Position numbers and translations under genes: made by a program | Notes under the pieces: model-generated | The model's database searches: none | Told to the model about the DNA's origin: nothing | The model's input: the letters and a program-made list of their open reading frames with translations, nothing else | Assembly: GCA_963741805.1 (NCBI GenBank) | Contig: CAVUJR010000003.1 | Span: 56,876 to 120,875 of the forward strand | Direction of reading: 5' to 3' | Source: an uncultured Chloroflexia bacterium | GTDB taxonomy: Bacteria > Chloroflexota > Chloroflexia > Thermomicrobiales > UBA6265 | Length of the DNA: 64,000 nucleotides | Shown: piece by piece, positions 28,049-37,988 of the stretch | How the letters are laid out: each line of letters opens with the position of its first letter | How positions within the stretch are numbered: the stretch's first letter is position 1

Positions 28049-29515
28049 CTAGACCGGCTGGAGCTCGCGCTCTTCGACCATCGCCGGTGTCCATCGCTGG
28101 TTGAGGGTGCGGTTGGCGCCGACCTCGTCCAGCCGCTTGTACTCCGTGTTATGCGGCGCGGAGGTAACGACTTCCGGCGTGTTTTCCGCCTCGTCGGCGA
28201 TCTGGAGCATCGCGTCGGCAAAGTAATCGAGCGACTCGACAGACTCGGTCTCGGTCGGCTCGATCATGAGCGCTTCCGGCACGATCAGCGGGAAGTACGT
28301 TGTCGGCGGGTGGATGCCGAAGTCGAGCAGTCGCTTGGCCATGTCGACCGTCTTCACGCCCTGCTTCTTCTGCCGGTTACCGTTAATGACGAACTCGTGC
28401 ATGCACGTGCGCTCGTACTGCACGTCGAAGCGGTCGCTCAGCCGCGCCATCAGGTAGTTCGCCGCGAGCACGGCGTCCTCACTGATCTGGCGAAGGCCCT
28501 CGGCGCCGTGCATCCGGATGTAGGTGTACGCGCGGACGTGCATGCCGAAGTTGCCGTTGAAGCTGTGCAACCGGCCGATCGACTTCTCCGGTTGGACCCA
28601 GGTGTAGGTGTCACCCTGCTTCGCCACGATGGGCCCCGGCAGGTATTGTTCCAGCCCCTCGCGGACGCCGACCGGGCCGGAACCCGGGCCGCCGCCGCCG
28701 TGCGGGGTCGAGAACGTCTTGTGCAGGTTGTAGTGCATCACATCGACGCCGAGATCACCGGGGCGGGCGATGCCGAGGATCGCGTTGAAGTTGGCGCCAT
28801 CGTTATAGACCAGGCCGCCAGCCTCATGAACAATGTCGATGATTTCCCGGATATGCTCGTCCCAAAGGCCGAGCGTGTTCGGGTTCGTCATCATGATCCC
28901 CGCAGTATCCGGACCGATCAGCTCACGTATTTTCTCGATATCGCTGTTGCCGCGGTCGTCTGACGGCACGGTGATGACCTGGAAGCCGGCCATGCGCGCG
29001 GTCGCCGGGTTGGTGCCGTGCGCCGAGTCCGGGATGAGCATCTTCGTGCGGGCGGTATCGCCACGTTCCTTGTGGTACGCGTCGATGATGAGGCATCCCG
29101 TCAGCTCACCGTGGGCACCAGCGGCCGGCTGGAGGGTGACCGCGTTGAAGCCGGCGATCTCAGCCAGCATCTCCTGAAGCTCGTACATCAGCTCCAGCGC
29201 GCCCTGGACCGTTTCCTCGGGCTGGTAGGGGTGAAGCCGGGCGAAGCCGGGATAGCGAGCGACTTCCTCATTGATCTTCGGGTTGTACTTCATCGTGCAC
29301 GACCCGAGCGGATACATCGCGATATCGATCGCGTGGTTCTTCTGGCTCAGGCGCGTGAAGTGGCGGATGACGTCGATCTCGCTGGCCTCCGGCCAGGCGA
29401 GGGTGTCCCGCATGAGTTCCTCGGGAAGTTCCGTCTCCGGGACGTCCGGCTGGGGAATGCGAATGGCGCGACGACCGGGTTTGCTAAGTTCGTAGATCAA
29501 CGGCTCCACAGCCAT
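28049..29515 (-). CDS. gcvPB: Glycine dehydrogenase (aminomethyl-transferring) subunit 2
   Basis: N-terminus [12 protein letters not shown]......PD; ...GSCTMKYNP...; PLP-lysine region [18 protein letters not shown]. Confidence 0.9.
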   Translation of the reverse strand: MAVEPLIYELSKPGRRAIRIPQPDVPETELPEELMRDTLAWPEASEIDVIRHFTRLSQKNHAIDIAMYPLGSCTMKYNPKINEEVARYPGFARLHPYQPEETVQGALELMYELQEMLAEIAGFNAVTLQPAAGAHGELTGCLIIDAYHKERGDTARTKMLIPDSAHGTNPATARMAGFQVITVPSDDRGNSDIEKIRELIGPDTAGIMMTNPNTLGLWDEHIREIIDIVHEAGGLVYNDGANFNAILGIARPGDLGVDVMHYNLHKTFSTPHGGGGPGSGPVGVREGLEQYLPGPIVAKQGDTYTWVQPEKSIGRLHSFNGNFGMHVRAYTYIRMHGAEGLRQISEDAVLAANYLMARLSDRFDVQYERTCMHEFVINGNRQKKQGVKTVDMAKRLLDFGIHPPTTYFPLIVPEALMIEPTETESVESLDYFADAMLQIADEAENTPEVVTSAPHNTEYKRLDEVGANRTLNQRWTPAMVEERELQPV

Positions 29516-29642
29516 GAACTGTTCTCCCGTGGATGAAGAGATAGGGGACCATGCGAGGCAAGAACCGCACGGTGAACCGGATCACGCCATCTCGACGGAA
29601 TCCATGGTGATGGTAGCACGAACACGCCCTGCGGATGACGGT

Positions 29643-30869
29643 CTACAGCGCTGGTGTGGCGACCTGCAGAACAGGCCGCTCCGCCACGACGAAACCGTGC
29701 CGGTAGCGCAGCACGAGGACGACAGACATGAGTGTTCCGAAGGCGAACGCGGCGACGAGCGGGAGTTCCGGCGAGACGCCGTAGAGCTCCGCCGCGACCA
29801 CCGGTGAGAACGAGAGGGCTCCGCCTCCCAGCACCTCGACCAACGCGAACGCGCGCGTTCGCAGACGTGGAGGCGCGTGCTGTCCGAGCGCCGTCAGCAG
29901 GAACGTCCACGTCGCGAACATGCCGCCGCGCAGCACAAAGGCAACGAGGAGGACCGGAAGGGCACCAGACAGCGAGAGAAGCAGGAATCCCACGCTCGCG
30001 ACGAACGTCGAGAGACTGGCGGCGAGAAACGGCGATCGTTTCACCCACGACACACGAAGGCTGGCGATACCGAACAGCGTCGTGCCGACGGCGGCGCCAC
30101 CGGCCAACAGGGTGATCAACGAGGCGGACAGCCCTCTTTGCTCCGCGAGGTAATTGGGCAGGAGCATTGCGCCGAGACCGAGCGCGAAGATCGTGATGCC
30201 GTGCAGGATCACGATGTCGCGGCTTGGCGTGTGTCGCATCAACTCGCCGAGCGTCGCAGGTGTCGTCGTGCGGGCATAATCGCGATCCTGAGAGAAGTCC
30301 ATGCGCCACATGAACAGGATGCCGGTGGCGCTAAACGCCGCAGAGAGCAGGATGCCACCCTGGAGCCCGAAGATCGCCACGACGGCGCCCGTCAGCAAGG
30401 GCGTGACGATCAGGGCGACGGACGGGCCGATCGTCGACGTCAAACTAAACGCCCTGGCGATGTCATTCCCGGCGTGCACGGGAATATGCGCATGCAGAAT
30501 GGGATAGACCAACTCCCCGAAGCCATAGAAGAAGACGACGGGGATGAGCATCTGCCACGATCCGGCGAACGCCGCGAAGATCAGTGAAACCACCAGCGCT
30601 GAACGCACGACGATGAGCATCCTGCGGTTGTCGACGCGGTCAGAAGCCCACGATCCACCAAGCAGGATAAATGGCCGCACGATACCCGCAAGGCCCAGCA
30701 CGATCCCGACGATCGTGATCGATCCACTGAGGTGCGCGATCCACAGGGGCCAGATCGTCGAGTAGGCACCGTACGCCGCTTCGAAGAGGATCTTTGCCCA
30801 GAAGACATAGCCGAGTTCACGACCCAGGCCAACGTGCCAACTGAAACGCATATGCTGTTGTTCCATCAT
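29643..30869 (-). CDS. MFS transporter
   Basis: About 12 TM helices, 408 aa, with MFS-like loop motifs. Confidence 0.7.
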   Translation of the reverse strand: MMEQQHMRFSWHVGLGRELGYVFWAKILFEAAYGAYSTIWPLWIAHLSGSITIVGIVLGLAGIVRPFILLGGSWASDRVDNRRMLIVVRSALVVSLIFAAFAGSWQMLIPVVFFYGFGELVYPILHAHIPVHAGNDIARAFSLTSTIGPSVALIVTPLLTGAVVAIFGLQGGILLSAAFSATGILFMWRMDFSQDRDYARTTTPATLGELMRHTPSRDIVILHGITIFALGLGAMLLPNYLAEQRGLSASLITLLAGGAAVGTTLFGIASLRVSWVKRSPFLAASLSTFVASVGFLLLSLSGALPVLLVAFVLRGGMFATWTFLLTALGQHAPPRLRTRAFALVEVLGGGALSFSPVVAAELYGVSPELPLVAAFAFGTLMSVVLVLRYRHGFVVAERPVLQVATPAL

Positions 30870-30976
30870 GAGGAAGGGGCGAACGCCGGCGCGTCCGATA
30901 CCCGGATTGTAGTCGCTTGGAAGGGCCGTGACACCCGGAATTGAGATGATCTTTTACTATTGACCTCGTTTGTAAC

Positions 30977-31633
30977 TTGCGGGCCGGAGAGGCGCCGCGC
31001 GCATGGAGTGAAAGCCGCACTGTGAACCCCTATCTCTTGACCGGTCTGGCGATGTGCCTGGTGATCGGCGTCGCCCTCGTCGGCACCGCGTACCTGGCGA
31101 TGTACTTCACGCGGCGGGCGAAGGCGGACCTCGAAGCGCTGCTGACGCCCCTCGCGGAGCACCTCGATGGCGAGGTGGACATCGAGAACGCGTCCGTGAG
31201 CGGTCGCTGGAACGGCACGCTGGCGATGGGCCGCATGGCGGGTGCGGCCGGCGGCACGGTCCGGATCTGGCAGGTCGACCTCATCGATTCGGCGGGCGGC
31301 GACGCGTGGAACTACGTGTACTCCCGGCCGAAGAAGTCGCGCCCGGAACCTGAGATCGACATCGTGACGGACAACCCGGTCATCGCCGAGCAGCTGGGCG
31401 TGATCGAGCGCGCGACGATCGCGCCGCTGGAGCCCGACGCGACCGATTGGGTCCAGGTTGAGTACAACCCCGACGCAGGCTATGTCCGTGCCGCACGCCC
31501 GATGCACGGTCGGAACGACATTCCGGGCGTCGAGCGCTTCGAGACGGACCTCCGATTCCTGCAGCGTGTGGGGGATGAGAACCGGGCGCTGCAGGAGCGG
31601 ATCGCACGCAAGGACGAAGGGACCAGCCGATGA
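30977..31633 (+). CDS. Membrane-anchored hypothetical protein
   Basis: A single N-terminal TM helix followed by a soluble domain. 4-nt overlap (ATGA) with the next ORF. Confidence 0.45.
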   Translation: MRAGEAPRAWSESRTVNPYLLTGLAMCLVIGVALVGTAYLAMYFTRRAKADLEALLTPLAEHLDGEVDIENASVSGRWNGTLAMGRMAGAAGGTVRIWQVDLIDSAGGDAWNYVYSRPKKSRPEPEIDIVTDNPVIAEQLGVIERATIAPLEPDATDWVQVEYNPDAGYVRAARPMHGRNDIPGVERFETDLRFLQRVGDENRALQERIARKDEGTSR

Positions 31634-32421
31634 GCACGCCCAAGACGTATCCGGTCGTCTATATCGATTCCGATCGGGAGCAAGAGGCGTGGCTCATCGC
31701 GACATTCGGCCCGATGGGGACGTGGCAGTCGATGTCGCAGACCCTGCGCATGACGGAAGGCGGCGAGCAGGCGGAAGTGCTCGAGATCAGGTTGGAGAAT
31801 GGGGAGACGGCCTACGTCCCGTTTATGGAGGCGACCCCAGACGAGTCCCTGGGAGGCGAGGGCGTCGACCGCACAGAGCTGCTCGACGACATGATGTCGC
31901 TCGCGGCGCAGTACGCCGAGCAGAATCCACCCAACCACCCGGGCAGCATGCCGCGCTTCCCGGTTCCGGCCCGCGCCTACGCAGATGCGGTCTCGATCCC
32001 GTTGGCCGTGCTCGCGGTCGATGACCAGGGCCGGCGGGGCCTCTATGCGCCACCGCGCCAGGTGGCGATCAGCTTGCGCGACCAGACGTTGATCGGCGTG
32101 GGTGAATTCCCGGGGTTCGACCCGGAGCATTGGCCGCCGCCACGCCTGGGAGATTGGCCGCCAGAGAGCATCACAGCGGTCCCGCATGAGCAGCTACAGG
32201 GCATGATCGCCCGATTCAACGCGTGCTGGAGCCGGATTCTCGATGCCTGGTTCGCCAAGGCGACGGAGGCGAGCCCGGTATTGCGGGCGGACGTGCAGGA
32301 GGCGCTGCGGTACCGGTCGATCCTCGACCTGCCCACGTTCGACGTCTACTACGAGCAGCTCAACCCGGTGTTCGCGAAGTGGCTGCGCACCATTGCCGAG
32401 TCAGGCGAGTCGCCTCGTTAG
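31630..32421 (+). CDS. Hypothetical protein
   Basis: 263-aa ORF translationally coupled to the upstream gene. No recognised domain. Confidence 0.45.
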   Translation: MSTPKTYPVVYIDSDREQEAWLIATFGPMGTWQSMSQTLRMTEGGEQAEVLEIRLENGETAYVPFMEATPDESLGGEGVDRTELLDDMMSLAAQYAEQNPPNHPGSMPRFPVPARAYADAVSIPLAVLAVDDQGRRGLYAPPRQVAISLRDQTLIGVGEFPGFDPEHWPPPRLGDWPPESITAVPHEQLQGMIARFNACWSRILDAWFAKATEASPVLRADVQEALRYRSILDLPTFDVYYEQLNPVFAKWLRTIAESGESPR

Positions 32422-33461
32422 GAGACGGGCTGGGTTTCCGGGACCTCGTCGGGAGAGACTGGCACGGCATCCTCGGTCGGCGGCCCGAAATGCGTCGGGC
32501 TGAGGATCGGCTCGTGCTTGCGCATCCACATGCGGGTCACGAACCAGGACCAGGTCGTGACGGACCCGCCGACGATGACGTCGATCACGTAGTGCTCGCC
32601 CATGTACACGAGCGCCGCGCCCATCGAAAGCGCATAGAGCCAGGCGAGGATCTCCCAGCCGCGGCCTCGGCCGTGCGCGACCCAGACGAGGATGAACGTG
32701 ATCGCAAAGTGCATCGACGGCATTGCCGCGATGGGGTTCGACTCGCCCACGATCTTGTAGCCGGCCTCGTACAACCCGCCGCCGAGCGCCTTGCCGATCG
32801 GCTCCATGATCCGCATCACGACCGGTGCGCCCGGGGAGTCGATCGACTCTGGCGCCATCCAGGGCGGATTTGACGGAAGGATGAAGTAGATCAGCAGCCC
32901 AAGGAACAAGGTCATGGTGAGCGCAGTCAGGAAGTGAGAGAACTCCTCCTTGTGCTTCCACCAGATCCAGACCATGATCGCGTGCGGCACGATGAAGTAC
33001 GACCAATGCACAAACGTGAAATAGTAGTCATACCACTGGATATGGTCGAGATTGAAGAACCGGGCCTGGAGCCTGATGGTCGGCAGCTCACCGCCCCACA
33101 CCCATCTCTCGAACTCGACGACCTTGGTGTTGAGCGTCTTCGCGAGGATCGTCTCGTCGGCGAACGAACGCAGGAACGAAAACACGAACCAGACGGACGC
33201 GTACGGGACGATGGCCGCAATGAACGACCGCGCGCGGCCGGTCGGCACGAACACGACAGCCAACGATGCGATGAGGCCCCAGAGCAGGAATTGCCGGTCC
33301 GTGAACAGCGAGATCACGACCAACGCGACCGCGATGCCGATCCGGATCACCAACTCTGGCGTGGTGCGTAGCCGGAAGCGCGAGGTCTTGGGGCTCTCCT
33401 CGATATGGACCGGGGTCCGCTCGTCGCGGTCCCCGTTTGAGGGGTCAGGCGTGCTCGTCAC
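32418..33461 (-). CDS. PAP2-superfamily membrane protein (phosphatase / inositol-phosphoceramide-synthase-like)
   Basis: Polytopic membrane protein. C-terminal motifs PSMHF...GEHYVIDVIVGG are typical of PAP2/AUR1-like enzymes. Confidence 0.6.
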   Translation of the reverse strand: MTSTPDPSNGDRDERTPVHIEESPKTSRFRLRTTPELVIRIGIAVALVVISLFTDRQFLLWGLIASLAVVFVPTGRARSFIAAIVPYASVWFVFSFLRSFADETILAKTLNTKVVEFERWVWGGELPTIRLQARFFNLDHIQWYDYYFTFVHWSYFIVPHAIMVWIWWKHKEEFSHFLTALTMTLFLGLLIYFILPSNPPWMAPESIDSPGAPVVMRIMEPIGKALGGGLYEAGYKIVGESNPIAAMPSMHFAITFILVWVAHGRGRGWEILAWLYALSMGAALVYMGEHYVIDVIVGGSVTTWSWFVTRMWMRKHEPILSPTHFGPPTEDAVPVSPDEVPETQPVS

Positions 33462-33660
33462 GGGTAATGATCTCGTCCTCGCGTGTGTCGGGTAGCGCCC
33501 GGCGGTGAGTTGCGGTGCAGTATACGGCAGGCGGCGCCCGGTGGGCCCAGAGCGGCGGCGACTGGCCTCACTCGCCCACGTATCGACCTTCGGTCGATCG
33601 GGCCGACCCCGAAGGGACGCCGGCCCCTACACTGAGCGGGTGCCTCTTACGAGCAGGACC

Positions 33661-34176
33661 TTAGCCCAGCCGGTAGCGGTGAAGCGCCTTCGACGTCATC
33701 GAGTAGCGGTCCTCGCCGGTCTCGGAGTCGGGCTTCTTCGCCATGAACCCGCGCCTGAGCTGCTCGGCGATCCAGCGCTCATCGAAGTCCCGGGCGGTCG
33801 CCATGCCCATCACGGTCGTTTCGTCGGCGCGGTTCCCGGCCTCCTGCAAGTCCTTGTAGAACGCCTGTCGTTGCTCCTCGGCGGGTGCGTGCGGACCTGT
33901 CACCAGCCGATCGACGACCGGGCCACCGTCAAGGAAGGTGACGATGTCCGGGATGTCCGCCTCTGTGATGTTGCTATAGACGATGTTGTCCGGATAGATC
34001 ACCAGATTGGGGCCAATATCGCAAAGGTCGATGGTGCCGCAGGTGTTGAGCAGGATCTTGTCGTTCATCTTCCGTCGCATCAGCTCGAAGCGGAGCCGGT
34101 TGACGATCTGCGCGGCGCCCTTCTGGTTGCAGTGATTGCCGGTGCAGGCGAGGATATGGCGTTCGGTCCAGTACAT
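33661..34176 (-). CDS. Thioredoxin-like [2Fe-2S] ferredoxin domain protein
   Basis: ILACTGNHCNQKG...CGTIDLCDIGPNLVIYPD pattern. Confidence 0.65.
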   Translation of the reverse strand: MYWTERHILACTGNHCNQKGAAQIVNRLRFELMRRKMNDKILLNTCGTIDLCDIGPNLVIYPDNIVYSNITEADIPDIVTFLDGGPVVDRLVTGPHAPAEEQRQAFYKDLQEAGNRADETTVMGMATARDFDERWIAEQLRRGFMAKKPDSETGEDRYSMTSKALHRYRLG

Positions 34177-34225
34177 GCGGCCTCCTGATGCGCGAAGCGA
34201 TTGGAGGGCAGTCTACCAAAGGCGA

Positions 34226-35347
34226 TCAGCCGCCGAGGTTGATCCACGCCTTCCACGCGGTGTTCAGCTCGTCGAGGCTGATATCGAGCGCGGCCGGAAC
34301 CGCCTCCTCCACCGGCAAGCCGTCGGCGAACGCCCCGATCATGCGCGTGATGCCTTCAGGTCCCCAACGCTCCTCGATGTACGTGATCATGCTCCATGAG
34401 CTGGCGTAGGCCAGGGTCGCCTGGGCGGGGCCGTAGGGGAAGCTCTCCGAGAGCGACTGGATGTCGAAGAGAAGGCCGTCTTTCCCGGCGCGCGCGACCA
34501 TGCCCGCATACCCGTCCGTACCGCCGATCTGGGTGTGTGTCGCCATGCCTTCGTCAAACCAGACCGGTGGCGGGCCGTATGCATTGCGCGTCGCGGCGAA
34601 CAGCACCTGATGACTGATTTCGTGCGGCACGACACGTCCGAACTCCTGTTCATCGCCGTTCGGGACAACGACGACCATGGTGTCCAGGCCGGGGTAGGTG
34701 ACGCCGGCGATTGCCTCTCGCTGGTTGCCTTGCCGCGTGCCCGCGAAATCCTCGTAGGAGGGATACACCCAGATCGAGACGGGCGGGATCGCATCGAGCG
34801 CATAGGTCGATTCGAGTGCGTCGATCGTGGCCTGGGAATCGGCCAGCATCCCGTCGGCGAACCCGTCGTCCGCGTCATAGGTGTAGAGGCGGACCTGGTC
34901 ACTGGCGCGCTCGTCCCATTCGAAGCGGTCGTCCATCCAGCGAGTTGTCTCGTCTTCGGTCGTGACGACCGAACCGTCCGCGAGCAGGATTTCCCAGGAG
35001 TAGGTGAGCTCGACGCCGACGGGCACGAACCCTGAAAGGAAATCCACGAACGTGCCGATCTGCAGGACATCGTCGCTTACGACAACATCGGTAGGCGGGA
35101 TGATTTCCAGATTGAGCGTTGGGTCTGAGGCGATCCGGTAGATCAGCTGTACCGCATCGACCTCGGCCGCGCCGTCCGCCAGTGGCACGGTCGCGGAGAA
35201 GGTCATTCCCTGCGGAAAGTCGATCTCCGTGGACGTTGTGAGCGGAAGCGCGGGAGCAGGCGTGGAGACATGCATGCCTGCCGCGCCCGCCACGTGTACC
35301 GTGACGAGTACCAGCAGCAGGAATAAGGTCGCCACTCGCCGCATCAC
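34226..35347 (-). CDS. Secreted zinc metallopeptidase (peptidase MA-like, HExxH)
   Basis: Signal peptide; HEISHQ followed by FDEGMATH downstream. Its start overlaps the prfB stop. Confidence 0.6.
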   Translation of the reverse strand: MMRRVATLFLLLVLVTVHVAGAAGMHVSTPAPALPLTTSTEIDFPQGMTFSATVPLADGAAEVDAVQLIYRIASDPTLNLEIIPPTDVVVSDDVLQIGTFVDFLSGFVPVGVELTYSWEILLADGSVVTTEDETTRWMDDRFEWDERASDQVRLYTYDADDGFADGMLADSQATIDALESTYALDAIPPVSIWVYPSYEDFAGTRQGNQREAIAGVTYPGLDTMVVVVPNGDEQEFGRVVPHEISHQVLFAATRNAYGPPPVWFDEGMATHTQIGGTDGYAGMVARAGKDGLLFDIQSLSESFPYGPAQATLAYASSWSMITYIEERWGPEGITRMIGAFADGLPVEEAVPAALDISLDELNTAWKAWINLGG

Positions 35348-36463
35348 GACGCCTCCGCCTCCTCCGGCGTGATCAGGTACTGCAGGTAGCCGTCGATGAA
35401 CGGGTCAAGCCCGCCATTGAGTACGCCCTGCGCGTCTCCCACCGTTACATCGGTGCGGTGGTCGGTCACCTGGGTGTACGGGTGCAGCACGTACGAGCGG
35501 ATGCGGCTGCCGAAACCGGCCGCGATCGCGTCGCCCTTGAGCTCATTGCGCTCGGCGGCTTCCTTCTCCAACTTCAGCTCGAGCAATCGCGAGCGGAGAA
35601 TCTTGAACGCCGATTCGCGGTTTTGCATCTGGCTGCGCTCGTTCTGGCACGTGACCACGATTCCGGTCGGCATGTGCGTCAGGCGCACGGCCGAATCCGT
35701 CTTGTTGACGTGCTGCCCACCCGCCCCGGACGAGCGATAGGTATCGACGCGCACGTCGTCCGACTTCAGGTCGATCTCCTGGTCGTTCTCGATCTCCGGC
35801 AGCACTTCGACCAGCGCGAACGCCGTATGGCGTCGGTGGGCCGAGTCGTACGGGGAGAGGCGAACCAGGCGATGCGAGCCGCCCTCTCCCTTGAGCAATC
35901 CATACGCGTTGGTGCCCTTGAATTCGATGGTGGCGTTCTTGATGCCGGCCTCGTCGCCCTCGGTGGTGTCAAGCAACTCCGCCTTGAGCCCGCGCTTGTC
36001 GGCCCAGCGCAGGTACATGCGAGAGAGCATCGACGCCCAGTCCTGCGCGTCCACGCCGCCTTCGCCCGAATGGATCACGATAATCGCATCAGTATGGTCG
36101 TGCGGGCCGTTGAGGGCGGACTCCAACTCAAAAGCGTCCACGCGTTCCAGAAGCGTGTCTCGCTCGGCCGTGATCTCATCCAGCAACTCCGGCTCGTCAC
36201 CGGCCAGCTCCAGCATCTCCAGCATGTCGGACGCGGTGGCCGAGGCAGAGCTGAACTGGTCGACACGCGCCTTTAGCTCGCCGAGGCGGCGCATTTCGCG
36301 CTGCGCGGTGTCCGGATCGTCCCAATACTCGGGTGAGGCGCTGCGCCGCTCGAGGTCGTCGATCTCGCGCTCGTCGTTGGCGAGGTCAAAGACGCCCCCG
36401 GAGTGAATCGAGCCGCGTCTGCAGCTCGGAGAGGGTCTTTTTCAGCTCGTCACGGGTTGCCAT
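35344..36463 (-). CDS. prfB: Peptide chain release factor 2, requires programmed +1 frameshift (join 36463..36389, 36387..35344)
   Basis: A 25-codon ORF0 (MATRDELKKTLSELQTRLDSLRGRL) ends at CTT TGA C. The +1 frame continues DLANDEREIDDLERR...SGAGGQHVNKTDSAVR (GGQ motif). Confidence 0.95.
36385..36400 (-). promoter_or_regulatory. RF2 autoregulatory +1 frameshift site
   Basis: Minus-strand CGG GGG CGT CTT TGA C: an internal SD-like GGGGG, the slippery CUU and an in-frame UGA followed by C. Confidence 0.9.
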
Positions 36464-36578
36464 GAACAGTGGTCCTCCAGTGGAATGATCAATACAGCGC
36501 GATACGGGCTCGGTTGGCCCGTCCTGATGCCCCAAAGTATACGGGCCGCGTGTCGCGAACGAAGAGTGGAGGGCGGGT

Positions 36579-36875
36579 ATGAGGTTCGGGAGAGTCTTTG
36601 GCGTTGTCACGCAGCATACCGACCTTGGCCGATGGCTTACGGTCGTGCTGGACACGGGTCGCGAGATCCGGACGGTGCGGGATGAGGCGGTCAGCCCGAT
36701 GCTTGCAGGCGAGGACCCGGCCTGGCTGGCGGATCAGCTGGTGCAGGAAACGATCGGCAACGAGCTGGCGGGAGAGGGCTGGGAAGTCGTCGGTCCGGGT
36801 GCCACGGACGAGACCTCAGATCCGCTCACCGACGCGCTTGCCGTGTCATCGACGTGGATCGTGCGTCTGCTTTAG
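36579..36875 (+). CDS. Small hypothetical protein
   Basis: 98-aa ORF with plausible coding composition. No recognised family. Confidence 0.35.
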   Translation: MRFGRVFGVVTQHTDLGRWLTVVLDTGREIRTVRDEAVSPMLAGEDPAWLADQLVQETIGNELAGEGWEVVGPGATDETSDPLTDALAVSSTWIVRLL

Positions 36876-36878
36876 CCG

Positions 36879-37826
36879 CTACCAGAAGTCCTCTCCGGCG
36901 ATCCGGTCGTAGAGCGCCTGGAGCTGCTCGTCGGAGTAGAACTCGATCGTGATCGTGCCGCGAGATGCCGACGGGTCGCGCTTGAGGGCCACCTTTGTGC
37001 CCAACGCGTCACGCAGCCGGCTCTCGATGCGGACATGCTCCGGGTCGGACTGGGCGTCCCCGCGCTTTGGCTTCTGTTTCGGTCCGGAGAGCCATGCGCG
37101 GACCATGTCCTCCGTCTGGCGTACGCTCAGACCGCGCTCCATGACGATGTCGAACACCGCGAGCTGGTCCGCCGCGCTGGTGAGGCCCAGCAGCGCCCGG
37201 ACGTGCCCCTCTGAGACACCGCCGTCCGCGAGCACGCGCTGGATGCGTTCCGGCGCGTTCAGCAGACGCAAGGTGTTCGTGATGCTGACGCGCGAACGCC
37301 CGACGCGCTCGGCGACATCCGCCTGCGTCAGCCCGAAGTCCTCGATCAGCTGCTTGTAGGCATGGGCCTCTTCCAGCGCGCTCAAGTCGGCGCGGACGAC
37401 GTTCTCGACGATCGCCAGCTCGAGCATGGCTTGAGGGGTGACATCCTTGATCACGACGGGCACGTGCGTATGCCCGGCCAGCTTCGATGCCCGCCAGCGC
37501 CGCTCGCCAGCGATGAGGGTGAAGGTCCCGTCGTTCTCGCCGCGGGAGACGACAAGCGGTTGCATCACGCCATGGGTGCGAATCGACTGCGCCAGCTCCT
37601 GCAGCTGGTGCTCGTCCATTTTCCCGCGAGGCTGCCACGGATTCGGCGTGATCGCCTCGATTGGCACTTCAAGCGGAATACCCGATTCGAGCGGCAGCGC
37701 TGCCTCGACCGTGGCATCCGGCGCGGGCGCGGAGGTCGGGATCAACGACTCCAGACCACGGCCAAGCCCGCCCCGCCGCTGGCGTGAGCGCATCGAGCCT
37801 TTGGCTTGCCGCGTATCGTCGGTCAC
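36879..37826 (-). CDS. parB: ParB/Spo0J-family partition protein
   Basis: GLGRGLESLIP; ParB box ...QPR...L.EL..SI...G..QP..V; HTH; C-terminal dimerisation region. GTG 37826 after GGGAG (listed ORF extends to 37985). Confidence 0.8.
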   Translation of the reverse strand: MTDDTRQAKGSMRSRQRRGGLGRGLESLIPTSAPAPDATVEAALPLESGIPLEVPIEAITPNPWQPRGKMDEHQLQELAQSIRTHGVMQPLVVSRGENDGTFTLIAGERRWRASKLAGHTHVPVVIKDVTPQAMLELAIVENVVRADLSALEEAHAYKQLIEDFGLTQADVAERVGRSRVSITNTLRLLNAPERIQRVLADGGVSEGHVRALLGLTSAADQLAVFDIVMERGLSVRQTEDMVRAWLSGPKQKPKRGDAQSDPEHVRIESRLRDALGTKVALKRDPSASRGTITIEFYSDEQLQALYDRIAGEDFW

Positions 37827-37988
37827 CGAGAACTCCCGAGGGGCGCATCGCGGACCGCTATCCGACCCGTGTGCCGCTGCCTGATTCCACGAAAGTCTAT
37901 CACTGCCGCCCGGTATACTTTCCCGCAGCATTGATACGCTCGTGTGCTGGCCTGGCGCCGGTTCGTATGGAAAGTCCCACCTCATCTC

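Noticed and set aside
29516-29642. Glycine riboswitch upstream of gcvPB.
   Set aside because: I could not find the GGAGAG...CACCGAAGGGGCAA-type aptamer cores in either orientation.
36879-37985. parS sites or an oriC-like DnaA-box cluster near parB.
   Set aside because: I could not locate a TGTTNCACGTGAAACA-like palindrome or clustered TTATCCACA boxes in the flanking intergenic regions. No dnaA, dnaN or parA genes are adjacent.
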